This document shows positions 19,236-29,994 of a stretch of 40,757 nucleotides of DNA, piece by piece. The notes beneath the pieces were generated by a model, which was given only the letters and a program-made list of their open reading frames with translations, did not search any database and was not told where the DNA came from. The stretch is from contig PWMT01000071.1 of assembly GCA_003558085.1 (NCBI GenBank), positions 1 to 40,757 on the forward strand, read 5' to 3'. The position numbers and the translations under genes were made by a program. Positions within the stretch are counted from its first letter, which is position 1; every line of letters starts with the position of its first letter. Source of the stretch: Methanobacteriaceae archaeon. GTDB taxonomy: Archaea > Methanobacteriota > Methanobacteria > Methanobacteriales > Methanobacteriaceae.

Positions 19236-20200
19236 ATGGGGTTGAAACAGCTATTGAAGAAAGTTACTATAGGGAAATAGCTATTAAGGATAGTTTGTTT
19301 GAGAATGATAAGCAAAATTTGAAATACCATTTGAAACAAGATATTCCGTTTTATTTTCAAGATTTGAAAGTTATCTTTTCTTATCTCTATCATGCTCAGG
19401 ATAACTCTGATATAAAGTTAGGTTTAAATATTATTTTAAATCTTCTATCCCATAAAAAAAGAGTTCAGGCTATTGCGTTGGGGAAATTGTTTTTATTTAT
19501 CGAAGATAGTTATATTAGACATCTGATAATCTGTAAATTGAGGAAACTTGCTCTTAGTGAAGATTGCAGTGTTAGAATTTTTGCTGAATATTCCTTGCAA
19601 GTTATTGCTAGTGAAATATTTAATTTACCTGTCTTAGATGATTTTTTTAAGTATCTGGATAAAATTAGTTCTCTACTACAATCGGAATTTGTACAATTTA
19701 ACTCTCAAATTAGTTTGTATCTAGATATAGTCTATGATTGGATCGATGATATATCATTTTTAAGCAAAATTAATGAAACTGTAACACGTCGTTGTAGGAT
19801 TTTTCATAGATATTTAGATAGAATTTCCTTTTCCATACCTGGCCTGCAAGAAATGATACCCTATGATGATGAATTCTCAACTGAGGTTATAATAGAATTT
19901 ATACACCAACCAGTTATTCCCTTTTCATCTTTTGAGGAATTAGAATCTCCTGATGAAGATCCTTTTAGTATATTAGCAAATATTTATAGCTACAGTTTCC
20001 GTGAAAAAGGACATTTAAGTAGATTAGAAGCCATGCTTAATGATGATGATCCTTTAATACAATATACAGCGGTTTGTGCTTTAAGTTCTATTGTTCAAGC
20101 ACTATTAACTAATTCTAAACAAGAATATGCTACACAAAAATTCCCTAATTCCTATTTAGATAAAATTAATAATAATTTAGCCCTCAAAATTAACGGATAA
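19236..20200 (+). CDS. Hypothetical helical (HEAT-like) protein, apparent -1 frameshift just after the start codon
   Basis: GGGGTGA RBS and ATG at 19236; one extra G in 19238-19241 joins MGVETAIEESYY.. to the 301 aa ORF; 'LALSEDCSVRIFA' and 'MLNDDDPLIQYTAVCAL' are HEAT-like. Confidence 0.6.
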
Positions 20201-20719
20201 ATAATAATTTAGGTAGATATTAAACTGATCTTTACTTCTAACTGAATTTATTTTTTATCTCTTATGCACTAGTTAGCCTAAGCATCCTCACTATTTTTTT
20301 TAGAATAATGATTAAATCCTTTTTTCCCATAATTAAAAAATTAAGCTCAAGATTCAACCTAAGATAGCGTATTAAAAAGTAAACATCAAGCAATAAATAA
20401 ATGTAGACCTGATGGCATTGAACTACCAGTAGTGAGCTTAATTATCAACCCCTACTATTTTGTATATAAAATAAATATTTTCAATTACTCTACATGGATT
20501 TTTGATAAATTATCGCATATAATTATATTTAATGTTTAATATATAGAAAAAGAAAGAGGGAATTGAACCGATTCAAATCTAAAAGAATAAATTTAATGTT
20601 CCAATTGTTATTAAGCATCCTCTTAAAATATATTTAAGCAAATAGGGGTAATATAGATTTCAGGTTTTAGTTAAAAATACAGATCGAGGATTTACAGGGG
20701 GTTATTAGGAGGTTAAATA

Positions 20720-21067
20720 GTGGATGAAAAATTAGATTTACAGGTAATATTCGCCATTGTTAAAGTAGAAAAGGCCAGTGAAGTTCTGGATAAAGCTCAA
20801 GAAGCGGGGGCAGAGGGAGGCACTATTTTTTATGGAAGGGGTAAAACCAAACATGATCAACAAAAGTTTTTAGGGATACCTATAGAACCTAGAAAGGAAA
20901 TAATGATGATATTGATTAATAAAAAATGCGCTGATAATGTACTTCAAACAGTAGTAAAAGCTGGAAAGTTAGATGAGCCTGGAACTGGCCTGGCTTTTGT
21001 AGTGGATGTGGATAAAGTTGCAGGCATAACCTATGGGGGAATCGGTTCCCTATATGATGAATTTTAG
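20720..21067 (+). CDS. P-II family signal transduction protein (non-canonical)
   Basis: AGAEGGT.FYGRG, EPRKEI, PGTGLAFVVDV; AGGAGG RBS. Confidence 0.85.
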   Translation: MDEKLDLQVIFAIVKVEKASEVLDKAQEAGAEGGTIFYGRGKTKHDQQKFLGIPIEPRKEIMMILINKKCADNVLQTVVKAGKLDEPGTGLAFVVDVDKVAGITYGGIGSLYDEF

Positions 21068-21382
21068 AGTATAATTAAATATTTTATTAATTGGCTGTTG
21101 ATAATTAATTTTTTATTAAAACTTTTTTTATTTTTATAAAAATGTTCCTGCCATTTTTTTTTTAACTAATAGATTCATAAAATTTTTCTCTAAGCATCTA
21201 TTACCTTTATTTTGAAACTATTCTAGCACTACTTATAAAAAAATACCCGGTCCTCCTAAAAAGTGATTCTCACCATAAAAACTAATTTTTAGAAAAACAA
21301 AAGAAATCTATTTATTAATTAAGGATAATTAGTTATAATGCCGATATAAAATCATATTATGATTTAAGAGATTACTAGAGAA

Positions 21383-22405
21383 TTGAAAATGAAATATAAG
21401 ACTTTTACTCTATTATTGTTTGGAATCGCAATTCTAGTGATTATGATCCTATTTATAGGGCCTGATAAAATTGAATCAGCCCTTATATTGGCTAATCCAT
21501 GGTATATGGTTTTAGCAGTGATTATACAGTTTATTATTTATGGTTTGTGGACCTGGAGATGGGCTATTAACATAAAAGCGGTGCATATATCTGCTGATAA
21601 AATTCATCTTTTTCCCATGCTCATGGTGGGCATGGCTATTAATAATCTTACTCCAAGTGCCCGGGGAGGTGGAGAACCAATAAGGGGGTACATGTTGGGT
21701 AAATATTCTGATTCTTTTTTCGAAAAAGCTTTTGCAACAGTAGTTGCAGACAGGGCCCTTGATACATTTCCCTTCATCGTTTTAGCTATTTTAACCATAG
21801 TCGCGGCTCTTTTATATTTGAATTTACCCCAATACATCATCTATATACTGATAATTGCAGTGGTAGCTTTAGTTATAATTTTTTCTATAGCAATTTACAT
21901 GTCTTTAAATCTGGAATTTGGACGTAAAGTATCTTTATGGCTTGTGAATCTGATAAAAAAGTTTTCTAAAAAAGAGCACAGCAAATTAGAAGAAAAAGTT
22001 TTGCATTCTATTCAGGGATTTCAAAACAGCATGCGTCTTATGGTCAAGGATAGAAATGTGCTAATATATAATCTACCCCTCTCTTTTCTTATTTGGTTTT
22101 TAGAGATAATACGAGTATATATTGTATTTTCTGCCTTCAATGTGGAAGTATCCTTTTTGATAATTGCAGCCGTATTTACTCTATCTAGCTTAATTGGATT
22201 AATACCCATTCTACCTGGAGGTTTAGGTGCCATCGATGGAACCATGATAATCTTATTTTCAACTGCAGGGATTCATCCCTCTATCAGTGCTGCCGCTACA
22301 ATAATGGAACGTCTTATATCTTTTTGGATGACTTCCATTATTGGTATTGCCTTGTTTCCCTATTTTGGAGCCACAGTTATGGAAAAAATTACTAAAAAAG
22401 TTTAA
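21383..22405 (+). CDS. UPF0104 / lysylphosphatidylglycerol-synthase TM (flippase-like) membrane protein
   Basis: NNLTPSARGGGEP, DRALD, LPGGLGAID, ERLISFW. Confidence 0.88.
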   Translation: MKMKYKTFTLLLFGIAILVIMILFIGPDKIESALILANPWYMVLAVIIQFIIYGLWTWRWAINIKAVHISADKIHLFPMLMVGMAINNLTPSARGGGEPIRGYMLGKYSDSFFEKAFATVVADRALDTFPFIVLAILTIVAALLYLNLPQYIIYILIIAVVALVIIFSIAIYMSLNLEFGRKVSLWLVNLIKKFSKKEHSKLEEKVLHSIQGFQNSMRLMVKDRNVLIYNLPLSFLIWFLEIIRVYIVFSAFNVEVSFLIIAAVFTLSSLIGLIPILPGGLGAIDGTMIILFSTAGIHPSISAAATIMERLISFWMTSIIGIALFPYFGATVMEKITKKV

Positions 22406-22804
22406 ATGCTGTTCTCAAGCCACAGTAATTAAAATATTTATGGAAAAAATTTAATATATCTGCGCTGTTTTTAAGCAAAGCTTAGGGAATTTAACCTTCA
22501 TTAAAACAAGGATGACCGGATTTATCATATTTTTATTAATCCCTTAGCCTGGTTCTAAAATTATTAGAATAGAAAAGTGTTGTTTTAAACTAAAACGATT
22601 ATAAATTTTTAGTTTTTTTATTAAAACCTCAATACAGATCCATTTCTTTAAATTAATAATCTAATAGTCTAGATTCAGGGCTTATTTAATTATTTGCTGC
22701 TTTAATTTTTCCATAGATTTTTTACTTTTCAACTGCTCTTCCTCAACTTACACCTGCTAATTATTTCATAACTGTGATCAACCCCTTGGGGAAAGGAAAG
22801 TGAT

Positions 22805-23161
22805 ATGATGAAAGTGGAAGATGCTAAAGTCACCTTGGGTGTGGAAGAAATCAAATTGATAGATAAAAAATTAAGAGAAAAGTTAATTAAAAAAGAAAAA
22901 CCCCTGATAATACTGGATGATAAAACCATCTTCTCTAATCAGGACCGGGTTAAAGTAGTAGACTATGTTGATTTTGAAAAGTTAGGAACTATTCTTAAAG
23001 AATTTAGAGAGGATAAAAAAAGTTTAATGCAGCAATTAAATATAATGGAGGATATTTTAGAGGATAAAAACAATCAAATTCTAGTTCTGGATGCAGATCT
23101 GGATAGACTAAAAAAATCATCATCTTCAGGAATGAAGGCCCGTATCAAAAACCTAATTTAA
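22805..23161 (+). CDS. Hypothetical protein with C-terminal coiled coil
   Basis: AAGTGA RBS-like site; heptad-like C-terminal half. Confidence 0.65.
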   Translation: MMKVEDAKVTLGVEEIKLIDKKLREKLIKKEKPLIILDDKTIFSNQDRVKVVDYVDFEKLGTILKEFREDKKSLMQQLNIMEDILEDKNNQILVLDADLDRLKKSSSSGMKARIKNLI

Positions 23162-23249
23162 GTTACTAATAATGGGGTGATCCTTTTTCACTGAGATGGA
23201 TAAGTCCCAGTTAAATTCATCTTTCTATTTACGAAAAAATTAAACCATA

Positions 23250-23282
23250 GAACCCACGACTTTAGTCGTGGGAGTATGTCAA
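23250..23282 (+). mobile_element. IS200/IS605-family right-end remnant
   Basis: GAACCCACGACTTTAGTCGTGGGAGTATGTCAA: subterminal hairpin followed by TCAA, as in IS605/IS1341 right ends; no tnpA or tnpB nearby. Confidence 0.75.
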
Positions 23283-23607
23283 CTACTTAAAAGAGCTGAA
23301 AATGCACTTAGAAAGTTTTCCTTTAAAGAAGGAGAGGATATTAAACTGAGTCTGGAAGTAGGGGCCATCACCGCCTTTTTAAAATAAAATATTGATACTA
23401 AAAAATAAAATAAAGATTTAAGAATATTATATTTTTAAGCATAAAATTATCCAATAAGTATTCTATTGATAAAAAAACAATTAGTGAAAATCCAGTAATA
23501 TTAAAATAACTTTATCATATTAATGAAGTCGGCTATTTAGCTAAAAAAAATAGTTTTTTTAAATAAAAAAAGTAAGCTGTTTCCCTATCTATGGGGAAGC
23601 AGCCTAT

Positions 23608-25986
23608 TTAAGCTCCGGCACCACCTGCAAGGGAAGTGTTACCTAAATCCATTATCAGGGGTTTGGGTAATTCCAATCTTAGAGTTTCTTTTAAAACATC
23701 TTCTACTGATTCTACCAGAATAAACTCTATCTCTTTTTTAACCTCTTCTGGAATATCATCCAAATCTTTCTGGTTATCTTTAGGTAAGATGATTCTTTTA
23801 ATTCCCGCACGATGACCGGCCAGTACCTTCTCTTTAATACCCCCTACCGGGAGCACGGCACCTCTTAAGGATATTTCTCCGGTCATGGCCAGTTCAGGAT
23901 CTACTTCATGACCAGTTACTAGTGAAGCAATCGTGGTTAAAAGAGCTACACCAGCAGAAGGTCCGTCTTTTGGAATGGAACCGGAAGGAACATGTATGTG
24001 TAAATCTTTTTTATCAAATTCAACCTCTTGTAGATTGAAAGATAATCTAGATCGTATAAGGCTTTGAGAAATCTTAGCTGATTCTTTCATCACATCTCCT
24101 AACTGACCAGTAAGCATCAATTTACCGGTTCCAGGCATGAAAGCTCCTTCAATAAATAGGATATCTCCACCTACCGGGGTCCAGGCTAATCCAGTTACTA
24201 CTCCTGGAGGATTCCTTTCATTGATCCGGTCATGACGAATGGTTTCATGGCCTAAAAGATCATATAACATGTCTGTTTTAACCTGATAAGGTAATTCCAC
24301 TTTACCTAGCACAATTTTTTCAGATGCCACCCGGGCCACGGCAGATAATTGTCTTTTAACTCCCCTTACTCCTGCTTCTTTGGTATATTTTTCTATAATG
24401 GTTTTTAAAGCTTCATCATCTATTTGTAGTTGACTTTCATCCAATCCGTGGTCTTCTAGAACCTCTTTAATTAAGTGATACTTGGCTATATGGAATTTTT
24501 CATGACTGGTGTAACTACCAATTTCTATGATTTCCATACGATCGCGGAGTGGTGCAGGTATATCCCGTAAGTAATTGGCGGTGGCAATGAAAAATACATC
24601 GGAGAGATCATAAGGCACTTCTAAATAATGGTCAGAGAAAGTATGATTCTGTTCAGGGTCTAGTACTTCCAGAAGAGCGCTAGCTGGATCTCCATTATAT
24701 GATTCTCTAATTTTATCCACCTCATCCAGAATAAATACTGGATTTACCTCACCAGCGCGCTTCATCCCCTGGATGATTCTACCAGGGAGTGCTCCTAGAT
24801 AGGTTCTACGATGACCTCTAATTTCGGATTCATCTTTAACTCCACCTAAACTGATTCTAACATATTTACGGCCTAAAGCCTCGGCTATACTTTTTCCTAA
24901 ACTGGTTTTACCGGTTCCAGGTGGTCCTACTAATAAGAGTATTGAGCCTTGTTTGTTTTTCTTTAATTTCATCACGGTAAGGTGTTGTATGATACGATCT
25001 TTAACTTTATCCAAACCGTAGTGTTCCTCATCCAGTAATTTCCGAGCAGCTTCAATATCGATATCTTTAATTTCACTTTCACCCCAGGGAAGACTAGTTA
25101 AAAGATCCAAGTAATTGCGTATTACATTTTCTTCAGAACTGTGTGGACCCTGACGATCTAGTTTGTTCAATTCTTCCCAGGCCACTTCTTTGACTTCGGG
25201 AGGCATTTGAGATTCTTCAATCATTTCCCGGTAATCTTTTCGTCCGGCAACACCTTCATATTCGTTTAATTCTTCTTTTATGGCTTTCAACTGTTCTTTC
25301 AACATGTTTTCCCGGTGTTTTTTATTCATTTCATCATTGAATTTTGCAGCCATTTCCATCTGGAATTGTATAGATTCTTTTTGCTCAATTAGAATATCCA
25401 GGAATTTTAAACTCTTTTTCTTTAAGGAGCGTATTTCTAATAAGGCTTGTTTTTGTTCCATTGTTAACCTTAGGTAGGGGAATATAAATCCAATAACTTG
25501 ATTGATATCATTTAATTTATTTAAATGATCAATATAGTTTTCTGATCCTTTAAAATTTTTACTTATTTCTTTTACCAGGCTTCTAACATGTTTCAGGATT
25601 TCTTCTTTGTTTTCGTGATCGAGATCATTGATATCAGGAATAATTTCATAGTGAGCTTTGTAATCGGCTCCATCACTGATTAGTTCCTTTATCTCCACTC
25701 TTTTTTGGATATCCACGTTTAACTGATAGAATTCCTTTATTTCCTTAATATTTTCAATTTTTATTAAGGTTCCTATCTGGTAAAAATCAGATTCAATGTA
25801 TAAATCATTAGTATTGGATTCTTTAACCGCCAAAGCTATGGCGTAATTATTATCTTGGGTCACCCAAGAATACATTTCACTACCCAGGGCTTTACCAATT
25901 TTTAATTTCATATTAGTTTCAGGTAATAATACCGTATCCGGTATAACTACTACTGGTAGTTCTTTATCTAATTTCATTTCTTTCAT
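23608..25986 (-). CDS. lon: ATP-dependent protease La, LonA type
   Basis: N-domain, Walker [38 protein letters not shown] catalytic Ser, GGIKEK Lys; no TM insert; RBS favours ATG at 25986. Confidence 0.95.
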   Translation of the reverse strand: MKEMKLDKELPVVVIPDTVLLPETNMKLKIGKALGSEMYSWVTQDNNYAIALAVKESNTNDLYIESDFYQIGTLIKIENIKEIKEFYQLNVDIQKRVEIKELISDGADYKAHYEIIPDINDLDHENKEEILKHVRSLVKEISKNFKGSENYIDHLNKLNDINQVIGFIFPYLRLTMEQKQALLEIRSLKKKSLKFLDILIEQKESIQFQMEMAAKFNDEMNKKHRENMLKEQLKAIKEELNEYEGVAGRKDYREMIEESQMPPEVKEVAWEELNKLDRQGPHSSEENVIRNYLDLLTSLPWGESEIKDIDIEAARKLLDEEHYGLDKVKDRIIQHLTVMKLKKNKQGSILLLVGPPGTGKTSLGKSIAEALGRKYVRISLGGVKDESEIRGHRRTYLGALPGRIIQGMKRAGEVNPVFILDEVDKIRESYNGDPASALLEVLDPEQNHTFSDHYLEVPYDLSDVFFIATANYLRDIPAPLRDRMEIIEIGSYTSHEKFHIAKYHLIKEVLEDHGLDESQLQIDDEALKTIIEKYTKEAGVRGVKRQLSAVARVASEKIVLGKVELPYQVKTDMLYDLLGHETIRHDRINERNPPGVVTGLAWTPVGGDILFIEGAFMPGTGKLMLTGQLGDVMKESAKISQSLIRSRLSFNLQEVEFDKKDLHIHVPSGSIPKDGPSAGVALLTTIASLVTGHEVDPELAMTGEISLRGAVLPVGGIKEKVLAGHRAGIKRIILPKDNQKDLDDIPEEVKKEIEFILVESVEDVLKETLRLELPKPLIMDLGNTSLAGGAGA

Positions 25987-26129
25987 GATATCACACCAAG
26001 GAATAGGATACTGATTGCAGACCAACCATTTACATCAGCTATAGGATTTCTTTATCTTATCCTATAATGGCCAGAATCAGTATGCTTTTAAATAATACTT
26101 ATTTATTTTTTTTTTAAGCATCATAGGGA

Positions 26130-26483
26130 TTATTCCCTATTTTCTAATTCCTGACATTTAGCTAAAACACAAGTAAATAAAAAATCAATCTTTTTTTTGT
26201 GTTTTATTAATGATTTCTGGTTAAAATTATAATATATATGGTTTCCTTGTTTTTTTGCATCCAATATTTTCGCAGATTTCAATATTTTAAGATGCTGGGA
26301 TGCTGCAGGTTGGCTTAGTTTCATAATCTGTGAAATTTCATTTACACTGATATTTTCAATTTCTCCAGAAGATAGAGAATAAAGTAACACTATACGGTTA
26401 ACATTAGCCAGTGCCTTGAATAGTTCTTCTAATTCTTGGGAAAGATCAGAACTATACTCAGCATTTATTCTCAACATAGACAT
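26130..26483 (-). CDS. ArsR/SmtB family transcriptional regulator
   Basis: FKALAN.NR, SVNEI....LSQPAASQHLKILK, G.HIYY. Confidence 0.9.
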   Translation of the reverse strand: MSMLRINAEYSSDLSQELEELFKALANVNRIVLLYSLSSGEIENISVNEISQIMKLSQPAASQHLKILKSAKILDAKKQGNHIYYNFNQKSLIKHKKKIDFLFTCVLAKCQELENRE

Positions 26484-26485
26484 TT

Positions 26486-26509
26486 GTATATAAGTATATA
26501 CTTATATAC
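26486..26509. promoter_or_regulatory. Perfect 24 bp palindrome, putative ArsR operator overlapping the TATA box
   Basis: GTATATAAGTAT|ATACTTATATAC, 2 bp from the ArsR start codon. Confidence 0.75.
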
Positions 26510-26694
26510 TTATCGGTCTCTTTAAATAACTGGATATTTATTTCACCTAAAAATCCTGCAATATATAATCAGAAATTGTATAATCAAATAAAAAAGAATC
26601 AGAAACAAAAAAAAACTAATTTTATAAAAAAAATAAAAAAATTATGTTTAAATATAATTTAGGGTAAATATTTCCACCCAAAAATAGTGCATTG

Positions 26695-27228
26695 CTATAT
26701 TTTCTTTAAAATGGTTCCTGGAGGCACCACACTGATACCGGTATTTTCACCTACCATTTCCAGTTGCACTATCCACTGGGGATTAGATTGTGCAGGTTTC
26801 AGATTAAGTTTATCAAATAGTTCTATAGAAACCTTTTCTTTCAAATCCTCTTCAGAATGGATATATTTTCTCCCTCTAAGATCACATATTACTTTAAAAG
26901 AATTTGAGGCACTGACTTTTTCATCAGCCAGGAATAAGGTTTGCTCTAAGATACTATCCTCACGGGTTCTAACTACTTTCTCTATCGGAACTACTTTGGA
27001 AATAACTGTGGTGGGAATATTCTTAATTAATTCCACGGCTTTAAAGGGATCCATACTCAAATCAATTAATAAAACATTAGGGAATCCAGATTCTTTGAAA
27101 TTTAATATTCCTTCTTCTTCTTGCAAAGCTAAGGTCAATTCTTCCCTACCTAATAATTCTTCCCCAATATTTTCCGCCTTTTGACCCTGTAATGTAACTA
27201 ATAGATTGAAAATTACTGTTGGTTTGAT
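26695..27228 (-). CDS. THUMP domain protein (N-terminus extends beyond the tracked ORF)
   Basis: ISKVVPIE, SFKVICDLRG, PQWIVQLE..G..TGISV; open frame FNLLVTLQG.. up to ATC at 27228 after GGGGTG. Confidence 0.8.
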   Translation of the reverse strand: MKPTVIFNLLVTLQGQKAENIGEELLGREELTLALQEEEGILNFKESGFPNVLLIDLSMDPFKAVELIKNIPTTVISKVVPIEKVVRTREDSILEQTLFLADEKVSASNSFKVICDLRGRKYIHSEEDLKEKVSIELFDKLNLKPAQSNPQWIVQLEMVGENTGISVVPPGTILKKI

Positions 27229-27371
27229 AAGTACACCCCCTATTTAATACAATATATGTTCCTCGGGAGTATTAAAATTATTTATAAATTAATTCTAGTA
27301 GAAATAAAATGTGGAAAATTGTATTTATGCAGATTACAAATTATTGGTGGGAGATTATATAGGGATAAAGA

Positions 27372-28715
27372 GTGGATCTTATGGATTATTATCACGACCA
27401 AAAAATGCAGAAACTATTTGAATTGTTGACCCAGCCTCGAACTTTAGAGGAAATGGATTTATCATCAACCTTTATTAAACATTTGATTTTGAAGGTCATA
27501 GCTACCTATGGTAATATAAAAGTAAACCGAATAGTACAAATAACCGGTATAAATGTGGAACTGATAGAGATTATTCTCAGAGAAATGGAAAAAGAAGATT
27601 TATGTGCAGCAGTAAGTGGGGGATTTCTATTTCCCAGTGTAGAATTTACCATAAAAGATTTGGGCTATAAACAGGCATCTAAACTTATGAAGGAGAATCC
27701 TTACCTAGGAATAGCGCCAGTTACCTATGATTATTATTTTGAAGTTATGGAAGCACAATTAAAGGGTAGATTTCCCTTAAAAATACCAAATGAAGTGAAA
27801 GAAAATACTTTTAAAGATGCGGTAGGCAATGAATTTGCCAAAAAAGTATTGATAGAATCTTCTATAGGAGGTAAAGGTTTATTTATATATGGATTGCCTG
27901 GTACAGGTAAAACCTTTCTTACCAGTAAAATGTCAGATCTTTTACCTCCCCTGATAATCCCCCGCTATATTGAATTTTCTGACCAAGTCATTCAATTCTT
28001 TGATCCTGATTTCCATCGAGAGACTCCTGAACAGCCTGATGATCCTCGTTGGGTTAAAATATATGCTCCTTTTGTATTTACTGGTTCAGAATTAAGTACT
28101 AATAAACTGGAAACTAATTATGATCCTAATAAAGGGGTATATGAAACTTCTCCAATTATTAAAGCCAATGGTGGTGTACTGTTACTGGATGATTTAGGAA
28201 GACAGAAAGAAGATCATAAGGCTCTTTTAAACAGGTTAATTCTCCCTATGGAAAATAAAAAGGATATGATATATATTAAAGGATCTCCAGTTATTGTCCA
28301 CTCCCATTTCATACCTGTTTTTTCCACCAACCTGGATATAACCATTATGGATGAGGCACACTTAAGAAGGGCCCCTCTACACATTTTCTTGGAAACACCA
28401 TCAATTTCAGATATATTAAAGGTATTTAAATTGAACTTGAATGCGCTTAAAGAAAAATATGATCCCCAAATACTGGAAGTTTATGAAAAAGTCTATTTAC
28501 CTCCCTATAATGGTGGAGAAGGATTACAACCCACTTTTGCCCATGCCAGGGATTTGGCTCAAATAGCACAGGCCATACGCATCGGTAAAGGGGAGAAGAT
28601 TATTAGCACCCCTACCATGGAAGATGCTCTCCAGCAACATGTATTAATTGCCCTACAAAGAAGACTCACCCCTACTCTTTTTGATAGAATCATCCGTAAG
28701 AAAAATTTAGGTTAA
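27372..28715 (+). CDS. Uncharacterised AAA+ ATPase with N-terminal winged-helix-like region
   Basis: GLPGTGKT, KANGGVLLLDDLGRQ, FSTNL, DEAHLRR. Confidence 0.85.
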   Translation: MDLMDYYHDQKMQKLFELLTQPRTLEEMDLSSTFIKHLILKVIATYGNIKVNRIVQITGINVELIEIILREMEKEDLCAAVSGGFLFPSVEFTIKDLGYKQASKLMKENPYLGIAPVTYDYYFEVMEAQLKGRFPLKIPNEVKENTFKDAVGNEFAKKVLIESSIGGKGLFIYGLPGTGKTFLTSKMSDLLPPLIIPRYIEFSDQVIQFFDPDFHRETPEQPDDPRWVKIYAPFVFTGSELSTNKLETNYDPNKGVYETSPIIKANGGVLLLDDLGRQKEDHKALLNRLILPMENKKDMIYIKGSPVIVHSHFIPVFSTNLDITIMDEAHLRRAPLHIFLETPSISDILKVFKLNLNALKEKYDPQILEVYEKVYLPPYNGGEGLQPTFAHARDLAQIAQAIRIGKGEKIISTPTMEDALQQHVLIALQRRLTPTLFDRIIRKKNLG

Positions 28716-28865
28716 CCAACGATTTAAAGGGTTTATCCCAAATTTTTAAACCTAAATTAACCAATTTAATATTTTAATCCAAATTTTTTACCAATTTTAA
28801 AGGGAAAAGTTTTTATTATTTCTGCTTTAATATAAGAGAGGCAAAAAGATAAGGAGATTGTAATA

Positions 28866-29888
28866 ATGACATGCAGTGTTTTAGTCGGTGGAGGATGGGG
28901 TGACGAAGGTAAGGGTAAGTGTATCACTTATCTGTGCTATAATGATAAGCCAGATATTGTGGCCCGAGCTGGAGTTGGCCCTAATGCAGGACATTCGGTA
29001 GAATTTAATGGAGAAAAATATGGTTTAAGGTTAACTCCCTCTGGATTTATGAACATGGATGCACGATTATTGATTGGTGCAGGAGTTCTAGTGGACCCGG
29101 AAGTTTTTCATCATGAATTAGAATATTTAAATAAATATAATCTTAAAAATAGAACCTACGCTGATCATCGTTGCTCGATTATAGAACCACAACATAAAGA
29201 GCGAGATAAATCTTCAGATTATCTTTCTAAAAAGATAGGAAGTACAGGTACAGGTTGCGGTCCGGCAAATGCAGACCGGGTGATGAGAGTGGCTAAAATG
29301 GCCGGGGATATACCTCAAATGGAGGGTTATACTACTGATGTCCCCTTAGAGGTAAATGAAGCATTAGATAATGATAAAGATGTTTTTATTGAAGGTTCAC
29401 AGGGCTTTGGATTATCACTTTATTATGGAACCTATCCTTTTGTCACTAGTAAAGACACCACTGCTAGCACTGCAGCAGCAGATGTAGGAGTAGGTCCGAC
29501 TCGTATTGAAGAGGTAATCGTGGTCGTTAAATCTTATATTACCCGTGTTGGTGAAGGTCCTTTTAAAACTGAACTGAATCAAGATGAAGCAGAAAAAATG
29601 GGATTAGAAGAGTATGGTACTGTAACTGGAAGACGGAGAAGAGTGGGACTATTTGACATGGATATGGCTAAAGAGGCTTGTATGATTAATAGCGCTACTC
29701 AGATTGCCTTAACCTGTGTTGATAGATTATTCCCGCAATGTGAGAGAACTAGAGATTATTCTAGTCTTTCTCCAGAAATCAAGAATTTTATAAACGAAAT
29801 TGAAGGAGAAACTGGCGTTCCAGTTACTATTATTTCCACGGGCCCTGATTTAATGGACACTATAGATTTAAGAGAGGAACTTCTCTAA
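28866..29888 (+). CDS. purA: Adenylosuccinate synthetase (short archaeal form)
   Basis: [46 protein letters not shown]. Confidence 0.97.
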   Translation: MTCSVLVGGGWGDEGKGKCITYLCYNDKPDIVARAGVGPNAGHSVEFNGEKYGLRLTPSGFMNMDARLLIGAGVLVDPEVFHHELEYLNKYNLKNRTYADHRCSIIEPQHKERDKSSDYLSKKIGSTGTGCGPANADRVMRVAKMAGDIPQMEGYTTDVPLEVNEALDNDKDVFIEGSQGFGLSLYYGTYPFVTSKDTTASTAAADVGVGPTRIEEVIVVVKSYITRVGEGPFKTELNQDEAEKMGLEEYGTVTGRRRRVGLFDMDMAKEACMINSATQIALTCVDRLFPQCERTRDYSSLSPEIKNFINEIEGETGVPVTIISTGPDLMDTIDLREELL

Positions 29889-29994
29889 ATTAAAAAATTG
29901 CTCTCTTTTTTATCAATCCTTTTTAATCTTAAGCTAGGAAGTAGCTTCAGATAACTTATTTTTTTATTTTAATAATGACCATTATTTAAAATAA

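Noticed and set aside
18313-19393. ORFs 18313-18615 (+) and 19196-19393 (-)
   Set aside because: The hydrophobic S/L/F/P repeat is the antisense reading of the K/E-rich gene; the second overlaps the HEAT-like gene
20401-20495. Possible multi-branch RNA (ATGTAGA/TCTACAT enclosing two hairpins)
   Set aside because: Inner stems have mismatches on both strands and there is no second copy; cannot be told from chance by eye
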